Shown: positions 48,831-61,939 of the stretch, one piece after another
Layout: each line of letters opens with the position of its first letter
How positions within the stretch are numbered: position 1 is the stretch's first letter
From: Candidatus Latescibacterota bacterium
GTDB lineage: Bacteria; Latescibacterota; UBA2968; GCA-2709665
Assembly (NCBI GenBank): GCA_965219455.1
Contig: OZ244744.1
Span: 1,376,001 to 1,440,000, forward strand
Length of the DNA: 64,000 nucleotides
Reading direction: 5' to 3'
Translations under genes and position numbers: made by a program
The notes under the pieces: model-generated
What the model saw: the letters and a program-made list of their open reading frames with translations, nothing else
The model's database searches: none
What the model was told of the DNA's origin: nothing

Positions 48831-51800
48831 ATGCATTTGAAATCGACCCACCACCGGCCGGCCGGGCAACCGCTCCCGGCACAAATGCCCCCCCGATTTT
48901 TTCGGGGCCGCAACGGAGCCGCGGCGATGACTCGCGGCATCAGACCGGTCCGGCTGCCCCGGGTTTCTGCCCTCGTTGCGGTCGCCCGGGTGTCCGCCGC
49001 GGTGTTGTTCGTGCTCTTCGCCGCCCTTCCCGCCACGGCGCAACCTTCCGCACCGCAGGGCTTCGCGGCGTCGAACGGCAACGCGCAGGTGAAGCTCACC
49101 TGGGACGCGCCGGCGGAGGACGCGGACATCGCGCGCCACGAGTACCGGTTCAAGACCACCGGCGACTACCCCGCCGCGTGGACGGCAATCGAGGAAAGCG
49201 CGCCGGGCGGGCTCCACGAGGACTGGGTCGTGGTGACGGGCCTGACCAACGACGTGGCCTACACGTTCCAGTTGCGCACGGTGAACGCGGGCGGCGACGT
49301 CAGCACCGCGGCGGATGCGGGTCCGGCGACGCCGAGGTCCGGCGTCTGCGGCCGCACCGAGCAGGTGCGGGACGCGATCGTGGCTGCGATCGCCGGCGTG
49401 TCGGACTGCGCCGACGTGACGACGGCGGAATTGGCCGATGTGACTGTGCTGGATCTCAGGAGGACGGGCTTCAAGTCTCTGCAGCCGGGCGACTTCTCCG
49501 GCATGGCGGCGCTGACGACGCTCGATCTTGGTGGTTTCAACTATCTCAGTTCGCTTCCCGACGGCGTGTTCTCCGACCTGACGGCGCTGGAGTGGCTCGA
49601 TCTTGGTTCCAACGAGCTCACCTCGCTTCCCGCCGGCGTGTTCTCCGGCCTGACCGCGCTGGAGCAGCTCCTTATCAGCAACAACGAGCTCACCTCGCTT
49701 CCCGCCGGCGTGTTCTCCGGCCTGACGGCGCTGACGAGGCTGGAACTGCACAACAACGGTAGACCCGCTGCCGCTGACCGTGACGCTGGAGAGGAACCCG
49801 GATGCCGTCGAGATCCGCGCGGTGGTGCTGACCGCGGCGCCGTTCGCGGTGCCGCTGAGCGTGAGCGTGGAGAACGGCGGCCTCGCGGGCGGGGCGGCCA
49901 CGATCACGGTCCCGACCGGTGCACGGGAGAGCGCGTGGGTCGGCGTGACCCGCACGGCCGGCACGACCGGGGCGGTGACCGCGGACATCGACCTGACCAC
50001 CCAGCCGAGCCTGCCCACCAACAACGGCGGCTACGCCTTCGTCAAGTCCGCGAGCGACCTGCCGCTGACGGTCGAGCCCGCGACCGATCCGGTCTGGTCC
50101 ACGACCATGACGGCGGGTGACACTCCGGCGGGGCACGGCTACGACAGGACCGACCTCGACGCGCCCACGATCGGGGCGCTCGACGACGACAATTTCGATT
50201 ACGGGTCCTCTTCCTATGGGGTCCTTGCCCTCGACGTGGCGACGAATGTCGTCAGATTCGTCGTCGCCGAGTCCGGACTTCCGACGAATGAAATCCTGAC
50301 GCTGGAGCTCGGCGGGCACGCGCTCGCATTCTCGGATCGACACAACGTTATCAGCGGCCAAAGCCGATGGTATTGGACCGTTCCGGCCGCACTGGACGAT
50401 CTGGAGACCGAGTTTCCGGTCGGGAGCACGGCGACGGTGTGCCTGCGCACGGCGACGCAGGTGTGTCCGACGGGGAGCATCGTGACGCCCACGAACGCGG
50501 CGCCGGCGTTCAGCTCTTCGGCGACGTTCGACGCGGCGGAGAACCAGACGGCGGCCGGCACGGTGCTGGCGACGGACGGCGACACGGACGACGACGTCAC
50601 CGGCTACGCGATCACCGGCGGGGCGGATGAGGCGCTGTTCGAGATCGGGATGACGGACGGCGCCCTGACGTTCAAGACGGCGCCGAACTTCGAGGACGCC
50701 AAAGACCAGGGCACGAACAACACCTACGTGGTCGAGGTTACGGCGACCAGCGGCATGGGCACGCGGGAGAAGACGGCGACGCAGACGATCACGGTGACGG
50801 TCACGGACGTGAGCGGCGAGAAGCCGGCCGCGCCGGCCGCGCCGACGGTGGCGGCGGCCTCGGTGACCAGCCTGACGGTGAACTGGTCGGCGCCGTCCAA
50901 CGCGGGCCCGGCGATTACGGACTACGATTACCGCCACCGGACGACCTCGCCGCAGGGCACGTGGACGGAGGTGACCGGCACGGCGATCACGGGCACCGCG
51001 GCGACGATCGCGGGTCTGGCGGAGAACACGTCCTACGACGTGCAGGTGCGGGCGACCAACGACGAGGGCACCGGCGACTGGTCGGACGCGGGAACCGGCA
51101 CGACGGACGCCAACGCGGCGCCGGCGTTCAGCTCTTCGGCGACGTTCGACGCGGCGGAGAACCAGACCTCGGCGGGCACGGTGGTGGCGACCGACAGCGA
51201 TGCGGGCGACGACATCACGGGCTACGCGATCACCGGCGGGGCGGACCAGGCGCTGTTCGAGATCGGGATGACGGACGGCGCCCTGACGTTCAAGACGGCG
51301 CCGAACTACGAGGACGCCAAAGACCAGGGCACGAACAACACCTACGTGGTGACGGTCGAGGCGACCAGCGGCATGGGCGAGCGGGAGAAGACGGCGACGC
51401 AGACGATCACGGTGACGGTCACCGACGCGGCCGGGGAGGCGCCGGGCAAGCCGGACGCGCCGGACGTGGCGGCGGCCTCGGTGACCAGCCTGACGGTGAA
51501 CTGGTCGGCGCCGGCCAACGCCGGTCCGGCCATCACCGACTACGACGTGCAGTACCGGGAGGGCACGAGCGGCAGCTGGACGGACGGCGGCCACACCGGC
51601 ACCGCCACCACGGCGACGCTGTCGAGTCTGTCGGAGAACACGTCCTATCAGGTACAGGTGCGGGCCACCAACGACGAGGGCACCGGCTCGTGGTCGGACT
51701 CGGGCAGCGGCACGACGGACGCCAACGCGGCGCCGACGTTCACGTCTTCGGCGACGTTCGACGCGGCGGAGAACCAGACGGCAGCCGGCACGGTGAGGGC

Positions 51801-54800
51801 GACCGACGGCGACTCGGAGGACGACGTCACCGGCTACGCGATCACCGGCGGGGCGGATGAGGCGCTGTTCGAGATCGGGATGACGGACGGCGCCCTGACG
51901 TTCAAGACGGCGCCGAACTTCGAGGACGCCAAAGACCAGGGCACGAACAACACCTACGTGGTCGAGGTTACGGCGACCAGCGGCATGGGCGAGCGGGAGA
52001 AGACGGCGATGCAGACGATCACGGTGACGGTCACGGACGTGAGCGGCGAGAAGCCGGCCGCGCCGGCCGCGCCAACGGTGGCGGCCGCGTCGGTGACGAG
52101 CCTGACGGTGACGTGGACGAAGCCGGCCAACGCCGGTCCGGCCATCACCGACTACGACGTGCAGTACCGGGAGGGCACGAGCGGCAGCTGGACGGACGGC
52201 AACCACACCGGCGCCGACCTCACGGCGACGCTGTCGGGCCTGTCGGAGAACACGTCCTACCAGGTACAGGTGCGGGCGACCAACGACGAGGGTACGGGCT
52301 TGTGGTCGGCCTCGGGCACCGGCGCGACGGACGCCAACGCGGCGCCGTCGTTCAGCTCTTCGGCGACGTTCGACGCGGCGGAGAACCAGACCTCGGCGGG
52401 CACGGTGCTGGCGACGGACGGCGATTCGGATGATGACATCACGGGCTACGCGATCACCGGCGGGGCGGATGAGGCGCTGTTCGAGATCGGGATGACGGAC
52501 GGTGCCCTGACGTTCAAGACGGCGCCGAACTTCGAGGACGCCGAGGACCAGGGGACCGACAACACCTACGTCGTGACGGTGCAGGCGACGAGCGGCACGG
52601 GTGAGCGGGTGAAGACCGCCACGCAGACGATCACGGTGACGGTGACGGACGTGACCACGGAGGCGCCGGGCAAGCCGGACGCGCCGACGGTGTCGGCCGC
52701 CTCGGTGACGAGCCTGACGGTGACGTGGACGGCACCGGCCAACGCCGGTCCGGCCATCACCGACTACGACGTGCAGTACCGGGAGGGCACCACCGGCAAC
52801 TGGACGGACGGCAACCACAACGGCACCGCCACCACGGCGACGCTTTCGAGTCTGTCGGAGGGCACGTCGTACCAGGTGCAGGTGCGGGCGACCAACGACG
52901 AGGGCACGGGCGACTGGTCGGACTCGGGCAGCGGCACGACGGACGCCAACGCGTCGCCGACGTTCAGCTCGTCGGCGACGTTCGACGCGGCGGAGAACCA
53001 GACGGCGGCCGGCACAGTGCTGGCGACCGACGGCGACACGGACGACGACATCACCGGCTACGCGATCACCGGCGGGGCGGACCAGGCGTTCTTCTCGATC
53101 GTGCCGGCGACGGGCGCGCTGACCTTCAAGACGGCGCCGAACTTCGAGGACGCCAAAGACCAGGGCACGAACAACACCTACGTGGTCGAGGTGACGGCGA
53201 CCAGCGGCATGGGCGAGCGGGAGAAGACGGCGACGCAGACGATCACGGTGACGGTGACGGACGTGGCCGGCGAAGCGCCGGGCAAGCCGAATGCACCGGA
53301 CGTGGAGGCCGCGTCGGTGACGAGCCTGACGGTGACGTGGTCGGCGCCGGCCAACGCCGGCCCGGCAATCACCGACTACGACTATCGCTACCGGACGACC
53401 TCGCCGCAGGGCACGTGGACGGAGGTGACCGGCACGGCGATCACGGGGCTGTCGGCGACGATCGGGAGCCTGTCGGAGAACACGTCCTACGACGTGCAGG
53501 TGCGGGCGACCAACGCCGAGGGCACCGGCGACTGGTCGGACTCGGGAACCGGCGCGACGGACGCCAACGCGGCACCGTCGTTCACCTCGAATGCGGCGTT
53601 CGACGCGGCGGAGAACCAGACGGCGGCCGGCACGGTGGTGGCGACGGACAGCGATTCGGATGATGACATCACGGGCTACGCGATCACCGGCGGGGCGGAC
53701 CAGGCGTTCTTCTCGATCGTGCCGGCGACGGGCGCGCTGACCTTCAAGACGGCGCCGAACTTCGAGGACGCCAAAGACCAGGGCACGAACAACACCTACG
53801 TGGTCGAGGTGACGGCGACCAGCGGCGCGGGGACACGGGAGAAGACGGCGACGCAGACGATCACGGTGACGGTGACGGACGTGAACACCGAGGCGCCGGG
53901 CAAGCCGGCAGCGCCGACGGTGTCGGCGGCGGCGGCGACGAGCCTGAGCGTGAACTGGGCGGCGCCCGACAACGCGGGTCCGGCGATCACGGACTACGAC
54001 GTGCAGTACCGGGCAGGCACCAGCGGGGGCTGGAGCGATGGCAACCACAACGGCACGGCCACCACGGCGACGATCGGGAGCCTGTCGGAGAACACCTCCT
54101 ACCAGGTGCAGGTGCGGGCCAAGAACGCCGAGGGTACCGGCGACTGGTCGGCCTCGGGCAGCGGCACGACCGACGCCAACGCGGCGCCGTCGTTCAGCTC
54201 GTCGGCGACGTTCAGCGCGGCGGAGAACCAGACCACGGCGGGCACGGTGCGGGCGACGGACTCCGATGCGGATGACAGCATCACCGGCTACGCGATCACC
54301 GGCGGGGCGGACCAGGGTCGCTTCTCCATCGGGGCAACGTCGGGGGCGCTGACGTTCAACGATGCGCCCAACTTCGAGGCACCTTCGGACGCCAACACCG
54401 ACAACGACTACGTGGTGACCGTGCAGGCGACGAGCGGCACGGGGACGCGGGTAAAGACGGCGACGCAGACGATCACGGTGACGGTGACGGACGTGAACAC
54501 CGAGGCGCCGGGCAAGCCGGCAGCGCCGACGGTGGCGCCGGCGTCGGTGACGAGCCTGAGCGTGAACTGGGTGGCGCCGTCCAACGCCGGCCCGGCCATC
54601 ACCGACTACGACGTGCAGTACCGGGCGGGTACCAGCGGGGACTGGAGCGACGCGGGCCACAACGGCACCGCGGTCACGGCGACGATCGGGGGCCTGTCGG
54701 AGAACACCTCCTACCAGGTGCAGGTGCGGGCCAAGAACGCCGAGGGCACCGGCGACTGGTCGGACGCGGGCACCGGCGCGACGGGGCTAGCGCCGACCAA

Positions 54801-55440
54801 CAACCAGCCCAGCGAGATCAAGGCCTACTGGACCGATTCCGACACTAAAGGCAGCAACGTTCAGGAGGAATGCGACGGCACCGAGCCTTTCCGCGCCTTC
54901 TGGAATCCGCCGAAAAGCAACGGCAGCTTCAAGGTAGCCGACGAGTGGGAGGCTGAGATTACGCCCAAGAGCGGCGCCAGCAACGTGAGCTTCACCATAC
55001 AGAACACCGGCGGCAACCGTAGGGAACCCGAGCTGACCGGGACCGTCGAGATCGACGGCTTCAGCACGTTGAGCATGCGGGTCCGCGGGCGTTTCGGCGA
55101 CGACGGATGGGGCGCGTGGTCGCCGATAACAGGGTTGTTTTGCAGGACCTCGGCGTCCAAGAAGCCGCCGGGGCTCGCGCCGAATGCGCCCAACCCTTTC
55201 AACCCCAGCACCGTCATCTCCTATCGCCTGGACGTGGAAGGGCCGGTGCGCCTGGAGATCTACAACCTCCTCGGGCAGCGCATACGCGCACTGGTGGACG
55301 AGGTGCAGGCAGCCGGCGCCTACCAGGTGCAATGGGACGCCCGCGACGCGGCGGCGCGGCGCGTGTCATCGGGGGTGTATTTCATCCGCCTGCGCTATCC
55401 GGGCGGGGTGCAGACCCGGCGCATGCTCTACCTCGAGTAG
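48831..55440 (+). pseudogene. Giant FN3-LRR-(cadherin-FN3)x7-CTD surface protein, frameshifted near 49758
   Basis: ORFs 48831..50120 and 49780..55440 are collinear with paralog 55644; CAC AAC AAC G GTA GAC vs paralog GAA AAC ACC GTA GAC implies a 2-nt loss. Confidence 0.8.
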
Positions 55441-56216
55441 ACCCGGCATGGAGAACGCCGCCGCCCGCATCCTCTCGGCCGGAATCGAGCCGGCGGGCGG
55501 TCCTCAACCGGCCTTCATGATAGTAATGGAGAAGTTGCCATGCATTTGAAATCGACCGACCACCGGCCGGAACGGGCAATCGCCCCGGCACAAATGTTCA
55601 CCCCCCCCCCGGATTTTTTCGGGGCCGCGCCTGAGCGGCGGCCATGACTCGTGGCATCAGACCGGTCCGGCTGCCCCGGGTTTCTGCCCTCGTTGCGGTC
55701 GCCCGGGTGGTCGCCGCCGCGGTGCTGCTCGTGCTCTCCGCCGCCCTTCCCGCCACGGCGCTGCCCCCCAGGCCGACGGGTTTCGCCGTGTCGAACGGCA
55801 ACGGGCAGGTGACGCTCACCTGGGACGCGCCGGCGGAGGACGCGGATATCTGGCACCACGAGTACCGCTTCAAGACCACGGGCGACTACAACGACTGGAA
55901 GAAGATCGACGACAGCGAGGTGGGCAAGAGCCACGAGGACTGGGTCGTGGTGACGGGCCTGACCAACGACGTGGCCTACACGTTCCAGTTGCGCATAGTG
56001 AACAGAGACGGCAACGGCAACGAGGTGACGGCCAGTCAGGCGACGCCGACGGACGGCTTCTGCGGCCGCACCGAGCAGGTGCGGCTCGAGATCATGAGGC
56101 AGATCTCCGGCGTGTCGGACTGCGCCGTCGTCACGTCGGCGCAACTGGCCGGCGTGATGTCTCTGGATTTCGCCTCTGTTGTCATCAAGTCCCTGCAGCC
56201 GGGCGACTTCTCGGGC

Positions 56217-56972
56217 CTGACCGCGCTGACGGATCTCACTCTGAGCGGCAACGAGCTCAGTTTGCTTCCCGCCGGCGCGTTCTCCGGCCTGACCGCGCTG
56301 ACGGATCTCACTCTGAGCGACAACGAGCTCAGTTCGCTTCCCGCCGGCGCGTTCTCGGGCCTGACCGCGCTGACGGATCTCACTCTGAGCGACAACGAGC
56401 TCAGTTCGCTTCCCGTCGGCGCGTTCTCCGGCCTGACCGCGCTGAAAACGCTCAATCTGGACCGCAACGAGCTCCGTTCGCTTCCCGCCGGCGTGTTCTC
56501 CGGCCTGACCGCGCTGACGAATCTCGCTCTGGTCAGCAACGAGCTCCGTTCGCTTCCCGCTGGCGTGTTCTCCGACCTGACCGCGCTGACGGATCTCTCT
56601 CTCTTCCGCAACGAGCTCACCTCGCTTCCCGCTGGCGTGTTTTCCGACCTGACCGCGCTGACGACTCTCCGTCTGGAATCCAACGAGCTCAGTTCGCTTC
56701 CCGCCGGCGTGTTCTCCGACCTGACCGCGCTGACGTCGCTCCGTCTGCGTTACAACAAGCTCAGTTCGCTTCCCGCCGGTGTGTTCTCCCGCCTGACCGC
56801 GCTGACGACTCTCCGTCTGGGTTACAACGAGTTCACCTCGCTTCCCGCCGGTGTGTTCTCCCGCCTGACCGCGCTGACGAATCTCTCTCTGTTCGGCAAC
56901 AAGCTCAGTTCGCTTCCCGCCGGCGTGTTCTCCGACCTGACCGCGCTGACGGATCTCTATCTGCGCGAAAAC
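56217..56972 (+). repeat. Tandem 72-bp LRR-encoding repeats (10 full + 1 partial)
   Basis: CTGACCGCGCTG...CTTCCCGCCGGCGTGTTCTCC recurring every 72 bp. Confidence 0.95.
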
Positions 56973-59900
56973 ACCGTAGACCCGCTGCCGCTGACCGTGA
57001 CGCTGGAGAGGAACCCGGATGCCGTCGAGATCCGCGCGGTGGTGCTGACCGCGGCGCCGTTCGCGGTTCCGCTGGTCGTGAGCGTGGCGAACGGCAGCCT
57101 CGCGGGCGGGGCGGCCACGATCACGGTTCCGACCGGTGCGCGGGAGAGCGCGTGGGTCGGCGTGACCCGCACGGACGGCACGGCCGGGGCGGTGACCGCG
57201 GACATCGACCTGACCCCCCAGCCGATCCTGCCCGACAAACACGATGGCTATGAGTTCGTCAAGTCCGCGAGCGACCTGCCGCTGACGGTGCTGGACGTGC
57301 CGGGCGCGCCGGCTGCGCCGTCGGTGTCGGCCGCGTCGTCCTCCAGCCTGACGGTCATGTGGTCGGCGCCGGACGACGGGGGCTCGGCGATCACGGACTA
57401 CGACGTGCAATACCGGGCAGGCACCAGCGGCGACTGGACGGACGGGAACCACGCCGGCACGGCCACCACGGCGACGCTCACGGGCCTTTCGGCGAGCACG
57501 TCCTATCAGGTGCAGGTGCGGGCGACCAACGCCGACGGCGCCGGCTCGTGGTCGGACTCGGGCAGCGGCAGGACGGAGGACGCCAACGCGGCCCCGACGT
57601 TCAGCTCACCGGCGACGTTTGACGCGGCGGAGAACCAGACCTCGGCGGGCGAGGTGGTGGCGACCGACAGCGATGCGGACGACGACATCACGGGCTACGC
57701 GATCACCGGCGGCGCGGACCAGAGTTTCTTCTCGATCGGGGCGACGTCCGGGGATCTGACGTTCGACGCGGCACCGAACTACGAGGACGCGCAGGACCAG
57801 GGCACCAACAACACCTACGTGGTCGAGGTGCAGGCGACCAGCGGCGCGGGCGAGCGGGAGAAGACGGCGACGCAGACGATCACGGTGACGGTGACGGACG
57901 TGAACACGGAGGCGCCGGGCAAGCCGGGCGCGCCGACGGTGACGACCGCGTCGGTGTCGAGACTGAGGGTGAACTGGTCGGCGCCGGCCAACGCGGGCCC
58001 GGCGATCACCGACTACGACTACCGCTACCGGGCGGGCAACAGCGGGGGCTGGACGGACGGCGGCCACGCCGGCACGGCGGTCACGGCGACGCTGACGGGC
58101 CTTTCGGAGGACACGTCGTACCAGGTGCAGGTGCGGGCCACGAACGCCGAGGGCACCGGCGCCTGGTCGGCCTCGGGCAGCGGCAGGACGGACGCCAACG
58201 CGGCACCGGCGTTCACATCGGATGCAGAGTTCGACGCAGCGGAGAACCAGACCACGGCGGGCACGATGCGGGCGACCGACTCCGATGCGGATGACGACGT
58301 CACGGGCTACGCGATCACGGGCGGGGCGGACCAGGGGTTCTTCTCCATCGGGGCGACGTCCGGGGCACTTACGTTCAACGATGCGCCCAACTTCGAGGAC
58401 GCGCAGGACCAGGGCAGCAACAACACCTACGTGGTGGAGGTTACGGCGACCAGCGGCGAGGGCGAGCGGGAGAAGACGGCGACGCAGACGATCACGGTGA
58501 CGGTGACGGACGTGAGCGGCGAGGCGCCGGGCAAGCCGGGCGCGCCGATGGTGGCGCCGGCGTCGGTGTCGAGCCTTTCGGTGAACTGGTCGGCGCCGTC
58601 CAACGCGGGTCCGGCGATCACCGACTACGACGTGCAGTACCGGGCGGGCACCAGCGGGGGCTGGAGCGACGGCACCCACAGCGGCACCGCGGTCACGACG
58701 ACGCTGACGGGCCTTTCGGAGAACACCTCCTACCAGGTGCAGGTGCGGGCCACCAACGCCGAGGGCACCGGCGACTGGTCGGAGTCGGGCAGCGGCGTGA
58801 CGGACGCCAACGCGGCGCCGTCGTTCAGCTCACCGGCGACGTTCGACGCGGCGGAGAACCAGACGGCGGCGGGCACGGTAGAGGCGACGGACTCCGACGC
58901 GGGCGACGACGTCACGGGCTACGCGATCACCGGCGGGGCGGACCAGGCGTTCTTCTCCATCGGGACGATGACGGACGGCGCCCTGACGTTCAACGATGCG
59001 CCCAACTTCGAGGACGCGCAGGACCAGGGCAGCAACAACACCTACGTGGTGGAGGTTACGGCGACCAGCGGCATGGGCGAGCGGGAGAAGACGGCGACGC
59101 AGACGATCACGGTGACGGTGACGGACGTGAACACCGAGGCGCCGGGCAAGCCGAATGCGCCGACGGTGTCGCCGGCGTCGGTGTCGAGCCTTTCGGTGAA
59201 CTGGTCGGCGCCGTCCAACGCGGGTCCGGCCATCACCGACTACGACGTGCAGTACCGGGCAGGCACCAGCGGGGCCTGGAGCGACGGCACCCACAACGGC
59301 ACCGCCATCACGGCGACGCTGACGGGCCTGTCGGAGAACACCTCCTACCAGGTGCAGGTGCGGGCCACGAACGACGAGGGCACGGGCTCGTGGTCGGAGT
59401 CGGGCTCGGGCCGCACGGACGCCAACGCGGCGCCGTCGTTCAGCTCCGCGGCGACGTTTAGCGCGGCGGAGAACCAGACGGCGGCCGGCACGGTGCTGGC
59501 GACGGACAGCGATGGGGATGACGACGTCACGGGCTACGCGATCACCGGCGGCGCGGACCAGGCGTTCTTCTCCATCGTGCCGGCGTCCGGGGCGCTGACG
59601 TTCAAGACGGCGCCGAACTTCGAGGACGCCAAAGACCAGGGGACCAACAACACCTACGTGGTGACGGTTCAGGCGACGAGCGGCATGGGGGAGCGGGTCA
59701 AGACGGCGACGCAGACGATCACGGTGACGGTGACGGACGTGAACACCGAGGCGCCGGGCAAGCCGGGCGCGCCGATGGTGGCGCCGGCGTCGGTGTCGAG
59801 ACTGACGGTGAACTGGTCGGTGCCGGCCAACGCGGGTCCGGCCATCACCGACTACGACGTGCAGTACCGGGAGGGCACGGGCGGCAGCTGGACGGACGGC

Positions 59901-61939
59901 AACCACACCGGCGCCGCCACCACGGCGACGATCGGGAGCCTGTCGGAGAACACGTCCTACGACGTGCAGGTGCGGGCGACCAACGCCGAGGGCACCGGCG
60001 CGTGGTCGGACGCGGGCACCGGCGCGACGGACGCCAACGCGGCCCCGTCGTTCAGCTCCGCGGCGACGTTCAGCGCGGCGGAGAACCAGACCACGGTGGG
60101 CACGGTGGTGGCGGCGGACTCCGATGCGGATGACAGCATCACCGGCTACGCGCTCAGTGGCGGGGCGGACCGGGATTTCTTCTCGATCGTGGCGGCGTCG
60201 GGGGCACTTACGTTCCAGTCGGCGCCGAACTTCGAGGACGCCAAGGACCTTGTGAGTGTCGATCCGGCCAATGCCGCCGGCAACAACCAGTACGTGGTGG
60301 AGGTTACGGCAACCAGCGGCATGGGGGAGCGGGAGAAGACGGCGACGCAGACGATCATGGTGAGAGTGACCGACTTGGACACCGAGGCCCCGGGCAAGCC
60401 GGGCGCGCCGACGGTGTCGGCGGCGTCGGTGTCGAGCCTGACGGTGACGTGGACGGCGCCGTCCAACGCGGGTCCGGCGATCACCGACTACGACTACCGC
60501 CACCGGACGACCTCGCCGGAGGGCACCTGGACGGAGGTGACCGGCACGACGATTACGGGGCTGTCGGCGACGATCGGGAGCCTGGAAGAGAACACGTCCT
60601 ACGACGTGCAGGTGCGGGCCAAGAACGACGAGGGCGCCGGCGACTGGTCGGACGCGGGCACCGGCGCGACGGACGCCAACGCGGCGCCGATGTTCAGCTC
60701 GGATGCGACGTTCATCGCGGCGGAGAACCAGACCACGGCGGGCACGGTGCTGGCGACCGACTCCGATGCGGATGACGACGTCACGGGCTACGCGATCACG
60801 GGCGGGGCGGACCAGGGGTTCTTCTCCATCGGGGCGACGTCCGGGGCGCTGACGTTCAACGATGCGCCCAACTTCGAGGACGCCAAGGACCAGGGCACCA
60901 ACAACACCTACGTGGTGGAGGTTACGGCGACCAGCGGCATGGGCGAGCGGGAGAAGACGGCGACGCAGACGATCACGGTGACGGTGACGGACGTGAGCGG
61001 CGAGGCGCCGGGCAAGCCGGGCGCGCCGATGGTGGCGCCGGCGTCGGTGTCGAGACTGACGGTGAACTGGTCGGTGCCGGCCAACGCGGGTCCGGCGATC
61101 ACCGACTACGACGTGCAGTACCGGGCGGGCACCAGCGGGGCCTGGAGCGACGGCACCCACAACGGCACCGCGGTCACGACGACGCTGACGGGCCTTTCGG
61201 AGAACACCTCCTACCAGGTGCAGGTGCGGGCCACCAACGCCGAGGGCACCGGCGACTGGTCGGAGTCGGGCAGCGGCGTGACGGACGCCAACGCGGCGCC
61301 GTCGTTCAGCTCACCGGCGACGTTCGACGCGGCGGAGAACCAGACGGCGGCCGGCACGGTGCTGGCGACGGACAGCGATGGGGATGACGACGTCACGGGC
61401 TACGCGATCACCGGCGGCGCGGACCAGGCGTTCTTCTCCATCGTGCCGGCGTCCGGGGCGCTGACGTTCAAGACGGCGCCGAACTTCGAGGACGCCAAAG
61501 ACCAGGGGACCAACAACACCTACGTGGTGACGGTTCAGGCGACGAGCGGCATGGGGGAGCGGGTCAAGACGGCGACGCAGACGATCACGGTGACGGTGAC
61601 GGACGTGAACACCGAGGCGCCGGGCAAGCCGGCAGCGCCGACGGTGTCGCCGGCGTCGGTGACGAGCCTGACGGTGACGTGGACGGCGCCGTCCAACGCG
61701 GGTCCGGCCATCACCGACTACGACGTGCAGTACCGGGCAGGCACCAGCGGGGCCTGGAGCGACGGCACCCACAACGGCACCGCCATCACGGCGACGCTGA
61801 CGGGCCTGTCGGAGAACACCTCCTACCAGGTGCAGGTGCGGGCCACGAACGACGAGGGCACGGGCTCGTGGTCGGAGTCGGGCTCGGGCCGCACGGACGC
61901 CAACGCGGCGCCGTCGTTCAGCTCCGCGGCGACGTTTAG

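Noticed and set aside
55601-55610. Classical in-frame phase variation by poly-C
   Set aside because: TGA at 55632-55634 lies in the main frame, so no tract length fuses the leader to the gene
56217-56972. CRISPR array
   Set aside because: 72-bp period is in-frame LRR coding sequence; no unique spacers or cas genes
49690-61772. Very long Arg/His-rich minus-strand ORFs
   Set aside because: Antisense shadows of GC-rich repetitive genes; same for 3877..4992, 21231..22865, 29336..31228
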